Below are positions 1-9,815 of a DNA stretch of 47,811 nt, one piece after another. Source of the stretch: Candidatus Thalassarchaeaceae archaeon. Lineage in GTDB: Archaea > Thermoplasmatota > Poseidoniia > Poseidoniales > Thalassarchaeaceae. Numbering within the stretch: the first letter of the stretch is position 1; each line of letters opens with the position of its first letter. Both the position numbers and the translations under genes were made by a program. The stretch spans positions 1 through 47,811 of the forward strand of contig JAQXEV010000034.1 in the NCBI GenBank assembly GCA_029250665.1, given 5' to 3'. The notes below the pieces were generated by a model that was given only the letters and a program-made list of their open reading frames with translations, made no database searches and was not told the origin of the DNA.

Positions 1-528
1 GGCGATGAGGAATTCACTGTCACTGTCACCGTTACCGACAAGAATAACGGCAGTTACCAACCGATTGCGGTTAAGGTGAAGACCTCGCTACCGGTTCTTG
101 AAATCCAAGAGGTATTCTCCTCGTCTGACCCGGTCTCCGACACGATACACACATTCACAGTTGTAGTTGAGAATACAGGATTAGTCGATGCTCAGCAGGT
201 CACTTTGAATGCAACTATACGCGGAACAGATATTCATTCTAACGCCACAAATGATGTACCTGCGGGAGATGAAGTAACCTACATCATCGATGTAGATCTG
301 AGAGGATTAGCACCGAGTCAGCAATGGTTCGACTTCGTGATTTCTCCAGAAGGCCAAGAGTTCATTGAACAGCCTGAAGAGATGAACAAGCGATACACTC
401 TGAAGACACCTCCAGTCGAGGACACTACTCCAACTACAGTCCTCGGTTTGATTCTCATCGTGTTGCTGGCTCTGGTTCTCTGGTACTTCACTAGATCTGG
501 TTCGCGCCGACCCGGAGCTCCATTCTGA
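1..528 (+). CDS. 5'-truncated surface protein: CARDB/Ig-like domain plus C-terminal membrane anchor
   Basis: Frame is open from base 1 (GDEEFTVTVTVTD...). It has a CARDB-like TFTVVVENTGLVDA motif and a C-terminal hydrophobic helix (VLGLILIVLLALVLWYF) with a basic tail. Confidence 0.75.
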   Translation, partial: GDEEFTVTVTVTDKNNGSYQPIAVKVKTSLPVLEIQEVFSSSDPVSDTIHTFTVVVENTGLVDAQQVTLNATIRGTDIHSNATNDVPAGDEVTYIIDVDLRGLAPSQQWFDFVISPEGQEFIEQPEEMNKRYTLKTPPVEDTTPTTVLGLILIVLLALVLWYFTRSGSRRPGAPF

Positions 529-535
529 TACATGT

Positions 536-592
536 CTTTGAATCGGTTTTGCCACGAGTCCACGCAGGGCTCATAGGCAAAACGATTCGAGG
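536..592. promoter_or_regulatory. Long imperfect intergenic stem-loop
   Basis: GAATCGGTTTTGCC (540-553) pairs with GGCAAAACGATTC (576-588) with one bulge. Inner stem GAGTCC/GGGCTC closes an ACGCA loop. Confidence 0.55.
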
Positions 593-610
593 GGACCTTG
601 GTGGATTACT

Positions 611-1846
611 ATGGCTCTTGAAAACCTAGAGTTGATGCCCGAGCCGGAGGACTCACGAATACTCACGGCAGTTGACTCGGCAGCACCAGGTTATCTTGGG
701 TCCGAGTACGGCTTGACCGATCAAGAGGCTAGGGAATTACGTTGGCCACTCGAACCTATGAAGAAATTTCTCTGGCCTTGGGGTGCAGTGAGTTTCGCTA
801 TTGGCACGGTTCTGTTGTTGATTAGTTGGCCTTTCATCCAAGCTTACCTCTTGCCCTTCCTACCCGATTCTGAATGGGCCTATGAGAGCACGGGAATTCG
901 TGAACTCCAGGATGAAGGTTACTTCGGTTCTGGGGTACATGTCTGTATTGTCGATACCGGCATCGATGACGAGCATCCTGATTTCGATCACCTGAACCTC
1001 GTTGGTTTCCGTGATTTCATCGACGGTGACCATGAGAACATCCGAGATGTCGGTGAGGATTACCACGGGACACTCATGGCCGGCCTCTTAGTTGCCAATG
1101 GCACCTATACTGGTGCGGCACCCGAAGTAGATCTCTCAGTGGCTCTTGCCCTCGGCCCCGAAGGCAAATCCGGACAGGCCGACCGTGTTGCGCTAGCCAT
1201 TCGATGGTGCCGAATCACTCAGGATGCAGACATAATCAGTTTGAGTTTAGGAGGTGACCCTGGAAGTGGAATGAGCAACCTTCAATCCGAAACCGTCGCG
1301 GCAGTCAATGAGGCGCTCGATGCAGGAATATTTGTCGTCGCGGCTGCAGGAAACAATGGAATGAAGGCTAACGTCAATGATGTATCAATCCCAGCAAACA
1401 TCCCTGGAGTAATCGCTGTCGGAGCATCGACAAGTAACGGTGGCGTCTGGTTGAATAGTTCCGTAGGATCCTCAATCGACCCGTATTCAGGCGAAGAGCG
1501 GTCCTTCCCGAATCAGAAGCCGGAGGTTCGAGCTCCGGGCGTGAAAATGTTCTCGACCGCGTCAACCGATATCCAACCACCTTACGCCTATTCGACGGGC
1601 ACCTCTGATTCGACAGTAATCGTAGTCGGTGCCCTCTCGATAATCCTCGAAATTCACGGGGAAGAAATGAGGGGGGAGGATGGAGTTTTCGATGCAGGAG
1701 AAATGGATCAGGTCAAGCGCGCTCTGGCAACATCTTCTTTGGTTTCACAGGAAGAAGTGGCATCTCACCACAATAAGAGAGGGTATGGTGTTCTAGATGC
1801 TGTTGAATGGCTGAAACAGGTTGAATTTGAATTCAATATCACCTGA
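611..1846 (+). CDS. S8 (subtilisin-family) serine peptidase, N-terminally membrane-anchored
   Basis: Catalytic motifs IVDTG, HGT, oxyanion AAAGN and STGTSDS, plus KPEVRAPG. TM helix at about aa 55-80. Confidence 0.9.
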   Translation: MALENLELMPEPEDSRILTAVDSAAPGYLGSEYGLTDQEARELRWPLEPMKKFLWPWGAVSFAIGTVLLLISWPFIQAYLLPFLPDSEWAYESTGIRELQDEGYFGSGVHVCIVDTGIDDEHPDFDHLNLVGFRDFIDGDHENIRDVGEDYHGTLMAGLLVANGTYTGAAPEVDLSVALALGPEGKSGQADRVALAIRWCRITQDADIISLSLGGDPGSGMSNLQSETVAAVNEALDAGIFVVAAAGNNGMKANVNDVSIPANIPGVIAVGASTSNGGVWLNSSVGSSIDPYSGEERSFPNQKPEVRAPGVKMFSTASTDIQPPYAYSTGTSDSTVIVVGALSIILEIHGEEMRGEDGVFDAGEMDQVKRALATSSLVSQEEVASHHNKRGYGVLDAVEWLKQVEFEFNIT

Positions 1847-1947
1847 ATTCGGTATGATGATGTATCATGATTCCCTAATCCGTATCAACCGAGCCTACGG
1901 CTCGTTACTACCCTATGATTAAATCAGTTTGATGAACCCCACGATAC

Positions 1948-4900
1948 ATGATGAGCGAGCGAGCAAGAAGTCACTTCCTGGTGATGTTGATGCTGATGAG
2001 CACCACCGTGGCTCTGATTGGACCAGCTACAGTGGTCTCAGCGACCAATGAGACAACCAGTGGGATAATCACAGGAACTGAGACTTGGAGCGGTTCTCAC
2101 CAACTTACTGACGATGTCTCCGTGGCTGCTGGTGCTAAGCTAATTATCGAACCCGGAACTACAATCACTTTCCCAAATGGGACTATGCTAGATGTTCGCG
2201 GAAATCTTTGTGCAGGTGCCTCCGCTTGTGGGGCTAGCGGCAACGCAGGCGCGAATAACCCAATCACTCTGACATGGACTGAACCTGCGGTTTCTAACGC
2301 AACAGGTGAATGCTACGGACTTGGGTCTGGCAACTCGAAGATTTGGATTCGCGATTCCTCTTGTGGAGAAGGAGTGATCCTGAGAGATTCGATGGATCTT
2401 TCACAATCAGGAATGAGAAATATGCACTTCAACGGTGCTTGGGGTATCCCATTCTACGTCCAACTTGAGTCCGAATATCGCTATGGGGCGTTGATTATAG
2501 ACGGCGCTAGCCCAACTCTCCGTGGAATGAAATTCAATGATATCAACACGACGAGCGTCCTCGCCACCAACCTTGCTCAGCCCACTTTCATCGGTGGTGA
2601 GTATGTCGCTGGCAACGATGGGCGGAGTGGAGTCACAGGCCAAGCGGTCCAAGTTTACGGTGGCGGAACTCCGATTTCTCCGATGATTTTCGAAGGTGCA
2701 TCATTCCAATCAACCGACAAGGGTTGTGGAAATCGAGACGGTGGTCGTTCGGCAATCTGGGCTTCGCAGACTTTCATTCGCATTGACGACTCAGAAGTGA
2801 CCAGTGGTGATTTTGGATTCAGTATCCGAAACTCTGCTGGAAAGATTACTAATTCCTCCCTCACGGTGGCTTGCAATGGAATTGATGTCAACAGCCTCAA
2901 GGCGGTTGGAGATACTGAATACAATGTCGAAATTGCCTACAACACCATATCAACTACTGAAAAGACTCCAATCACAGCTTATGCTGGAGCGAATGTCGAT
3001 ATTCACGACAATGTTCTGGAAGGAGCTGGTGACGGCTCGGGAATCGCAGTCTATTCTGCAAAGGCAGCGATTCACAATAATGACATTGGCCCCATCGGCG
3101 GTTGGAACGGTCTCTGGCTTCTAGGATCCTACGATGTGATTGCGGAGAACAATACCATCTTCGACACAGCGAGGGAACCTGTGCTGGCTGGGGAGTACGG
3201 ATCTCAAGCTCCTAATCCTACCCCAGCACGCCTCTACCTCGCGAACAATTCGATTTCTACCTCAGGGGCTGGAGCATGCTCTTCCAACACTTGGTGGGAT
3301 GGCCCATTCACTTGTCCAGCTATTATGGCTCACAGGGCTGGAGTCACAATCGTCGACAATGTCATCGACGCCGGAGGGAATGCCGACGGCATTCGATCAA
3401 CAGGAAGTCTCCTCGATGTCCGTCGAAATACCTTCAATGTGCAAGGAACTGGTGCGATTATCCAACATTATGAACAAGGAGACACTTCACAACAATATGG
3501 AAGCCTCGCTTTCTTCAGTAACAATATCTGGAACGGAGTCGAAGTCACATACAATGTCTCAAAGTCCTCAGTTACAGTTCAATCAGAGTACATCCCGAGC
3601 CCCCCTCCTGGCCAATTCCCCGTGATTCTCAGTTGGGATGATCAGGAGGCATGGCATCAGAATCAGTGGCAGAATGGAGTCATTGCTCACGAAGTCAGGG
3701 CCTGTGCTTCCTGTGATGACTACACTCCTCACAACTTCCCTCTAGCATTGAATATGGACAATAATTCAACCGTATTCACATTCTCTAACTTGTCGAACCT
3801 TGATCTCTCAAAGGTGAAGATTAACACACAACCTACTCATTATGCAGTTCAGGTTCAGCGTGCTGAGTTGGTGCGCTTCCAGACTCTCGTCAATGGACAG
3901 CGGGTGGAAAATGCAAATGTCTTGATTGAAGATTCGCACGGTAATGATTTGTACAGTCTTGAGACTGATGCTGATGGTTACACCCCGTGGTTCTCTTTGG
4001 CATCGAATTCTCATCTAGATTTCAGAGGCTTAGAGGGTGGAGATAATCCCGACGGCTTTGCCGACGATGAATACGAAGATTCGTGTTCTGACGGAGAGGA
4101 TAACGATGGAGACCTCCTTCTCGATACTGACGACCCAGATTGCGATTTATCCTCCGGAACTCGTGAACTTTCCCTCTATCGATATACGGCTTATCGCTTC
4201 GGATTCGGTCTTGACACCGGAGAATTTACTCTGACCGACACGACTTACCAAGACACACTTTTCCTCGAAAACGCGGCTCCTTCCATTGCCGTTATCCAAG
4301 AGGATGGGCACTCTTTCAGACGTGTGTTAAACATCACTGGTTCAGCCTTCGATGGAACTTGGGCTGGAATTTATGCGAATGATGAATTGGCTCAATGGGA
4401 CCAGAGAGGCTACGTTCACGCTGTCGAGATTAAGGATCCATTCACCAGCGATTGGAGTGGAGCCGGCCACGCGACAGATGCAAGTGGAGCCGAACCAGAA
4501 TATGTCTCTCGCAATAATCATCCATTCAGCAATTGGTACTACAATTTCGACATGTCCGGCCGCCAAGAGGGCGACTACACATTCGAGTTCCGTTCCTTCG
4601 ACGGCCTTGAGTATTCACCAATTATCACTCGTACAATCAAGGTCAACACCGAGGCTCCTTCTCTGAGTGTGAGCTCGCCGAGCTCATATTCGACCCATTC
4701 TGATGGGACGGTGACTTTCGAAGGAAGTGCTCACGATCCGTATGGCTGCCCCTTCGATTGTGGTTCTGACATTGATCGGATATACATCCAGATCGATGGG
4801 CCAAATTACCACGTTGTGACTTCTACCGAAGGCGCTAATGAGTGGTCATGGACGTGGGATTTCAGTGGTCTACCACGCGAACTCGCGACTTACACATTCA

Positions 4901-6189
4901 CAATCTGGGCCTCAGACTCTGACTTCTGCAATGGTGAATTAGATGAGTGCCTGCCGGCAGTTCTCGACCTTGAGATAGATAACCAGAATGCTAGACCATT
5001 CGTCAGTCTCACTACACCTCAAAGTGGACAAATCTACGAGGTGAGTGAGGAGTCCATCATCAGCGGAGTCGCCCGAGATAATGATGGAGCAATTACGCGT
5101 GTCGATGTCGAGGTTCTCGACGTCGCTAATGGTTACATCAACATCTTCACAGGAACGGTCACTGAGATTGCTCAGAATGGCTATTGGGAATTGGAGTGGA
5201 ATTCCAATGTCATGATGCACAATATGCAGTATCTCATCAAGGCCCGCTCCTATGACGGAATCGAGTTCAGCGACTGGTTGGAGGTCCAAGTCGTCGCTGA
5301 CAACCCACCGAATGCAGATAACCATCGTCCAACATTCGACGGCAGCTCTTGGGCGTCCGAAGTAAATCTCTATTGTGAGGTCGACACCACCTCTCAAAAT
5401 CCATGCACAAAGGCCGAGATTTCATTATTGGATTACTTCGATGATGTGGATGGTGTGAATAACCTCATTCTCTCTGTCTATGATGACACCGCTCGCTCAT
5501 CCGACGACGAATTCGGTTTAGTAATCAACATCGGAGTCGATGGTGTAGCAATCTACGACCCGAAGTCGATGGGATTCTACAATGAAGATATGGAAACATG
5601 GTCGCTGAGTAATGTCATCTTCGTCGCAACAGATCCTCATGGGTCGAAGGAAATATCGACTCCGGTCTCATTCAATGTCATTCCAATCGAGTTCTATGTT
5701 GGAGAACCAGACCAGACGACTGCAGGAAAAGGAGAGGTGATTACGTTCACTGGAATTGGTTTGCCTGGTAAGACGGTCCGTGTGACATTGGGCGGAACTC
5801 AGATTAATTCAACCGTGGTGTTAGAGGATTCGACTTGGGAACTCGGTATACCAGGGTCGATGATAACCCGAACAATCAATCCAGAATTCACAATCAGTGG
5901 TTCAGATCCAATTGAAGGAATTGCAATCTCACCTCCCGCCGAAGATGGAGGGATGGGTGCAATGACTATGATTCTCATCATCGTTGTACTCCTCGCAGGT
6001 ATCGGTGCAGCGCTTTTCTTCAGCGGAGTAGTATCCTTCGAAGAAGATGAGGAAATCAGCGATGGCGAAGATTCTGACGAAAATGCTAGTGCTCCATCTG
6101 GAGAATTGGTGCGCAGCGACGAACATCCAGGATGGCTCTGGGATCCACAGAAGGAAGAATGGGTACCCGATCCAGACCACATCGCTTGA
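1948..6189 (+). CDS. Large secreted/membrane-anchored protein with right-handed beta-helix and Ig-like domains
   Basis: Signal peptide; LIIEPGTTITF start typical of beta-helix surface proteins; Asn-ladder repeats (IHDNVL, IHNNDI, AENNTI); CSDGEDNDGD-DxDDPDC Ca/Cys motif; Ig-like repeats (ITGSAFD, FEGSAHD, ISGVARD); C-terminal TM and acidic tail. TTAAA lies 24 nt upstream. Confidence 0.8.
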   Translation: MMSERARSHFLVMLMLMSTTVALIGPATVVSATNETTSGIITGTETWSGSHQLTDDVSVAAGAKLIIEPGTTITFPNGTMLDVRGNLCAGASACGASGNAGANNPITLTWTEPAVSNATGECYGLGSGNSKIWIRDSSCGEGVILRDSMDLSQSGMRNMHFNGAWGIPFYVQLESEYRYGALIIDGASPTLRGMKFNDINTTSVLATNLAQPTFIGGEYVAGNDGRSGVTGQAVQVYGGGTPISPMIFEGASFQSTDKGCGNRDGGRSAIWASQTFIRIDDSEVTSGDFGFSIRNSAGKITNSSLTVACNGIDVNSLKAVGDTEYNVEIAYNTISTTEKTPITAYAGANVDIHDNVLEGAGDGSGIAVYSAKAAIHNNDIGPIGGWNGLWLLGSYDVIAENNTIFDTAREPVLAGEYGSQAPNPTPARLYLANNSISTSGAGACSSNTWWDGPFTCPAIMAHRAGVTIVDNVIDAGGNADGIRSTGSLLDVRRNTFNVQGTGAIIQHYEQGDTSQQYGSLAFFSNNIWNGVEVTYNVSKSSVTVQSEYIPSPPPGQFPVILSWDDQEAWHQNQWQNGVIAHEVRACASCDDYTPHNFPLALNMDNNSTVFTFSNLSNLDLSKVKINTQPTHYAVQVQRAELVRFQTLVNGQRVENANVLIEDSHGNDLYSLETDADGYTPWFSLASNSHLDFRGLEGGDNPDGFADDEYEDSCSDGEDNDGDLLLDTDDPDCDLSSGTRELSLYRYTAYRFGFGLDTGEFTLTDTTYQDTLFLENAAPSIAVIQEDGHSFRRVLNITGSAFDGTWAGIYANDELAQWDQRGYVHAVEIKDPFTSDWSGAGHATDASGAEPEYVSRNNHPFSNWYYNFDMSGRQEGDYTFEFRSFDGLEYSPIITRTIKVNTEAPSLSVSSPSSYSTHSDGTVTFEGSAHDPYGCPFDCGSDIDRIYIQIDGPNYHVVTSTEGANEWSWTWDFSGLPRELATYTFTIWASDSDFCNGELDECLPAVLDLEIDNQNARPFVSLTTPQSGQIYEVSEESIISGVARDNDGAITRVDVEVLDVANGYINIFTGTVTEIAQNGYWELEWNSNVMMHNMQYLIKARSYDGIEFSDWLEVQVVADNPPNADNHRPTFDGSSWASEVNLYCEVDTTSQNPCTKAEISLLDYFDDVDGVNNLILSVYDDTARSSDDEFGLVINIGVDGVAIYDPKSMGFYNEDMETWSLSNVIFVATDPHGSKEISTPVSFNVIPIEFYVGEPDQTTAGKGEVITFTGIGLPGKTVRVTLGGTQINSTVVLEDSTWELGIPGSMITRTINPEFTISGSDPIEGIAISPPAEDGGMGAMTMILIIVVLLAGIGAALFFSGVVSFEEDEEISDGEDSDENASAPSGELVRSDEHPGWLWDPQKEEWVPDPDHIA

Positions 6190-6250
6190 TGACTCAAGTC
6201 GGTCCGCTCCGCGGATACTTTCTTGAGTGGTACGAATCGCTCATCGGTTA

Positions 6251-8779
6251 ATGGCAACCATGGCTGTTCCCCGCCCGGGGGTTCAGGAGCGTATCCTACT
6301 TCATCTGAGGGATTACGTCGATTATGCGGACAAGGTCGAGGTTCCATTCGCAATATCTCAGATGGGAATAGCCAATGCAGTTGCAATCGCAAGGTCAAAT
6401 GTCCCGCGAGCAATCGCTGGTATGAAAGAATCAGGCCACCTCATCGAGAGGCAAGCCCACGTCTCTGGAGTGTCTCGAAAGCGCAAGGCCTACTTTCTCA
6501 CATCGGATGGTGTCAATCTTGCCGACGACATTTGGGTGAAGGTCAGCGAACAACCAGTCCGACTTATCCACGTGGATGGCCGAGCAGAGAACCTTGACTT
6601 ACGTACCGCATTGGAAAGTACAGAATTACCCCTGAGGCACGTCGATATTCTCCGTTACCTCGACCATAGCGGCACGGTGGACCTATCTACACTATCACCT
6701 GACCTCATTGAGCGAGATCTCTCGAAGCATATCGAGAAACAATTGGTCAATTCTCTCAATGATTTACCACGGATGCGCCGATTCTTTGGTCGTGACCACG
6801 AAATTAGCAAAATGGCTGACATCCTCGAAGCCGAATCGACTACACTCCTCGTGCCCGGAATCGCTGGAATCGGTAAGACCGCTCTCGCCGCCAAGTTGCT
6901 TGAGCGATTTACTCACCGCAGGAATATGTTGTATCACAGGTGTCAAGATTGGGAGGGGTCGAGAGCCTTCCTCGAAGCCTGTGCTGAATGGCTCTCGATG
7001 ATTGGGAATAATGATCTTAGTGATTACGTTTCTTCAACACCAGTTCCTCAAGTAAACATGGCCGTGAATCTCATTGTTGAGGGTCTGGAGAATTCCCCCG
7101 CACTCATTGTTATCGATGACTTGCACAAGGTTGCTGACGAGAATTTCGTTGCAATTCTTCGAGGACTCACACTGCGAGTACCCGAATCGAACGAATTGGG
7201 TCTCGTCATGTTCTCCCGCTCGTTCAGAATGGTTGTGCCTGAGGCTGATTCAAGTGGAACAACGGTCACTCACTTCATCCCGCTTGAAGGACTTGATCAG
7301 GATTCAAGTCGACAAATTCTGACTGCAATGCCCGACATAGATCTACAGCAATTCTTGCACATCTACACATTGTCTCGAGGCCATCCTTTGGTTTTGGAAC
7401 TCATCAACAGAGGGAGTGTTGGTGAAACCTTCCACGCAACCCTTGAAGCATTCGTCGAGAAGGAGATTTTCAGCAAGTTATCTGGCCCTCAAAAGCGCTT
7501 ACTTGGTGCAATCGCAGTATTCAGGGAGCCGATGCCTCTAGAGTCTCTTCTTGGTCTCAACGCTGACATAGATTTGCTCGATGATTTGGTCGAGAAGGGA
7601 TTGGCGCGGCGAGTCGATACGGATTTCTACGATGTCCACGATTTGGTCAGAGAGTTCCTTGTTCGCTCGATGGATGAATCTCTCAAAGCGGAACTTCACA
7701 CGAATGCGGTCGAGTGGTATCGAACAAGAACCGAGACCGCTGCCGAAAAAATCGAATTCATTTATCACCTCAATGCATCGGGAGATTTGGAAACCCTTGC
7801 TGAAGTTCTTCAGAAAAGTGGCCGAGGATTGGTTAAATCGGGTCATATCGAACTGCTGGGAATACTCAGAGGCCTCGAATCAGATGGATTCAATGCAGTG
7901 CATTGGGGTCTTATTCGTGAATTGCGAGGTGACATCCTATCTCTCCAAGGGCGCTGGGATGAGGCCGAAGAGGAATATGCAGCTGCAATTCCAGTAGCCA
8001 GAAAGCACAAGCGAGCTACGAGTCTTGCTCGACTGATGACTGCTCGCGCCGATATCGCAGTCAAGCGTGGTGCAATGGATGATGCACTCGAACTTCACCG
8101 CCAAGCTTTGGAAATACAGATTGCTGCGAGAGACGCTGTTGGCGCTGCACGGTCTTACATCAACATGGGCTACATTTTCCGTCGGCGCCGAGATACACGA
8201 CACGCCCTGGAAGTCTACGGCAATGTCGAGGAATTACTTGATGCCGAAGATGATCCAGAATTGATGGATGCTAGAGTCCGCCTTGCAGCAGCATTCCTCG
8301 AGATGGGGGAACTAGACCGCGCGCGTGATCACGCCCTTGCCGCTCACGACGGCACTATGGACAAGGGTATGGACACACTACACGCTCGCAGCAGGGCGGT
8401 TTTGGGTCGTTATTATGCAAATATCAAAGATAATGATCTTGCCCTATTACACTATTCTGCAGCACTTGAGATCCTCTCTGAAGCGACTGACCCACACAGC
8501 GCGGTTGAGGTCGAAATTCTCCTTGGCCAAGTTCTCAGTGATGCTGGACGAAAGTCCGAGGCAGCAGAGCACTATCTAGACGGGCTCGCCGTCGCTGAAT
8601 CCAACGATTTCCGTCTCTTGCAAGGAGAACTCCTTTCTCGTCTTGGTGAGGTCGAAACCGACCGTTCCGCGAGAATGAACTATCTCCAACGTTCGCTAAC
8701 TGTATTCCGTGAGCTCGGCGCAGTTGACCGTATGCGCGATGTTCAGACTGCGGTTCACCGAGCGATCATGGGTCATTGA
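6251..8779 (+). CDS. wHTH-STAND NTPase-TPR protein (MalT/NB-ARC-like signalling ATPase)
   Basis: N-terminal wHTH (SQMGIANAVAIARSNVPRAI), FFGR, Walker A GIAGIGKT, Walker B LIVIDDLH, GHPL motif, VHDLVRE (MHD-like) and C-terminal TPR-like helices. Start is ATG 6251 or 6260. Confidence 0.85.
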   Translation: MATMAVPRPGVQERILLHLRDYVDYADKVEVPFAISQMGIANAVAIARSNVPRAIAGMKESGHLIERQAHVSGVSRKRKAYFLTSDGVNLADDIWVKVSEQPVRLIHVDGRAENLDLRTALESTELPLRHVDILRYLDHSGTVDLSTLSPDLIERDLSKHIEKQLVNSLNDLPRMRRFFGRDHEISKMADILEAESTTLLVPGIAGIGKTALAAKLLERFTHRRNMLYHRCQDWEGSRAFLEACAEWLSMIGNNDLSDYVSSTPVPQVNMAVNLIVEGLENSPALIVIDDLHKVADENFVAILRGLTLRVPESNELGLVMFSRSFRMVVPEADSSGTTVTHFIPLEGLDQDSSRQILTAMPDIDLQQFLHIYTLSRGHPLVLELINRGSVGETFHATLEAFVEKEIFSKLSGPQKRLLGAIAVFREPMPLESLLGLNADIDLLDDLVEKGLARRVDTDFYDVHDLVREFLVRSMDESLKAELHTNAVEWYRTRTETAAEKIEFIYHLNASGDLETLAEVLQKSGRGLVKSGHIELLGILRGLESDGFNAVHWGLIRELRGDILSLQGRWDEAEEEYAAAIPVARKHKRATSLARLMTARADIAVKRGAMDDALELHRQALEIQIAARDAVGAARSYINMGYIFRRRRDTRHALEVYGNVEELLDAEDDPELMDARVRLAAAFLEMGELDRARDHALAAHDGTMDKGMDTLHARSRAVLGRYYANIKDNDLALLHYSAALEILSEATDPHSAVEVEILLGQVLSDAGRKSEAAEHYLDGLAVAESNDFRLLQGELLSRLGEVETDRSARMNYLQRSLTVFRELGAVDRMRDVQTAVHRAIMGH

Positions 8780-8817
8780 GTAGCAAAGGCAGAAACGTCG
8801 TTATTCAAGTTGCGTTA

Positions 8818-9615
8818 CTAATTACGCTCAGGCTCGGCCTGTCCGAGCCAATTGGAGAATTCGGGCCCATCTTGTCCACAAATTGAGAGCACACCATTGA
8901 AACGCTCACCAATTTGGTGCAACACTTCCGACTCAGCCAAATGAGGGGCATTGTTTTTCTCGGACAAATGGCACAGAACAACACTTTGCAATCTAGGGTG
9001 CAAAACTTCGGTCAATATGTCCGCAGTCTGCTCATTTGAAAGGTGACCCCCCCTGCCTGTAATACGCCGTTTCAACGAAGGAGGATAGGGCCCAGAGATC
9101 AACCTCTCCAAGTCGTAATTTGCCTCGATTGAAATGTGCTCACAACCCGAAAGATGCTTCATCAACTCAAGCGTGGGCTCACCTAAATCTGTTACAATTG
9201 CAGCCCTACGGCCATCACCATTACTAGCGATAATTCCAACATTTTCAGCATCATCATGAGGTACTGGCACTGGCAATAAACTCAGGTCATCAGCGATGTG
9301 TAATCTCTCCAATCCTTCAAAAGTCCGAACCTCTGAAATAGGTTCCAATCCCAATCTCATAGTAGTCTCGAGATTAGCATACAAACGCGCCCCCCATTTC
9401 TTTGAAGCACGCGCAGCAGATTTCGAGTGATCGGAGTGATGATGACTCACAATTATGGCATCTATCGAACTACCTTCGACTCCTGCCCTTGCCAACCTCG
9501 CTTCCATCTGCCGTAGAGAGAATCCACAGTCGATGACAACGCGAGTCTCGCCGGTAGAAAGCAGTGTGGCATTGCCTCGACTGCCACTTCCCAGATGCGT
9601 TATCTCTAGACCCAT
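8818..9615 (-). CDS. MBL-fold metallohydrolase (YycJ/WalJ-like nuclease)
   Basis: LGSGSRGN, IDCG, SHHHSDH (HxHxDH), VPHD, TDLG, IEANYD, GHLSN and HLSEKNN motifs. Confidence 0.88.
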   Translation of the reverse strand: MGLEITHLGSGSRGNATLLSTGETRVVIDCGFSLRQMEARLARAGVEGSSIDAIIVSHHHSDHSKSAARASKKWGARLYANLETTMRLGLEPISEVRTFEGLERLHIADDLSLLPVPVPHDDAENVGIIASNGDGRRAAIVTDLGEPTLELMKHLSGCEHISIEANYDLERLISGPYPPSLKRRITGRGGHLSNEQTADILTEVLHPRLQSVVLCHLSEKNNAPHLAESEVLHQIGERFNGVLSICGQDGPEFSNWLGQAEPERN

Positions 9616-9815
9616 CGAACCATTCCAAGCGGCGGCGCAGTCGGGTCTTCAATACAACCCCGACAAGCCCTTCATACACCCCGAACACTCACCCCCTCTC
9701 ACGCACGCGACGGCGTAGCCGTCGGTCGCGGACCATCCTTAGATGTCCGAACGACGCTCCATCATCGTCATAAGTCAAGCAAGAGCGCTCGCGAATGTCC
9801 AGACGAGGTCATATC

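Noticed and set aside
8831..8849. GGCTCGG-CCTGT-CCGAGCC inverted repeat
   Set aside because: It lies inside the MBL coding end and has a 5-nt loop, so it is not a triloop-family member. It may be chance or a weak terminator for the convergent gene.
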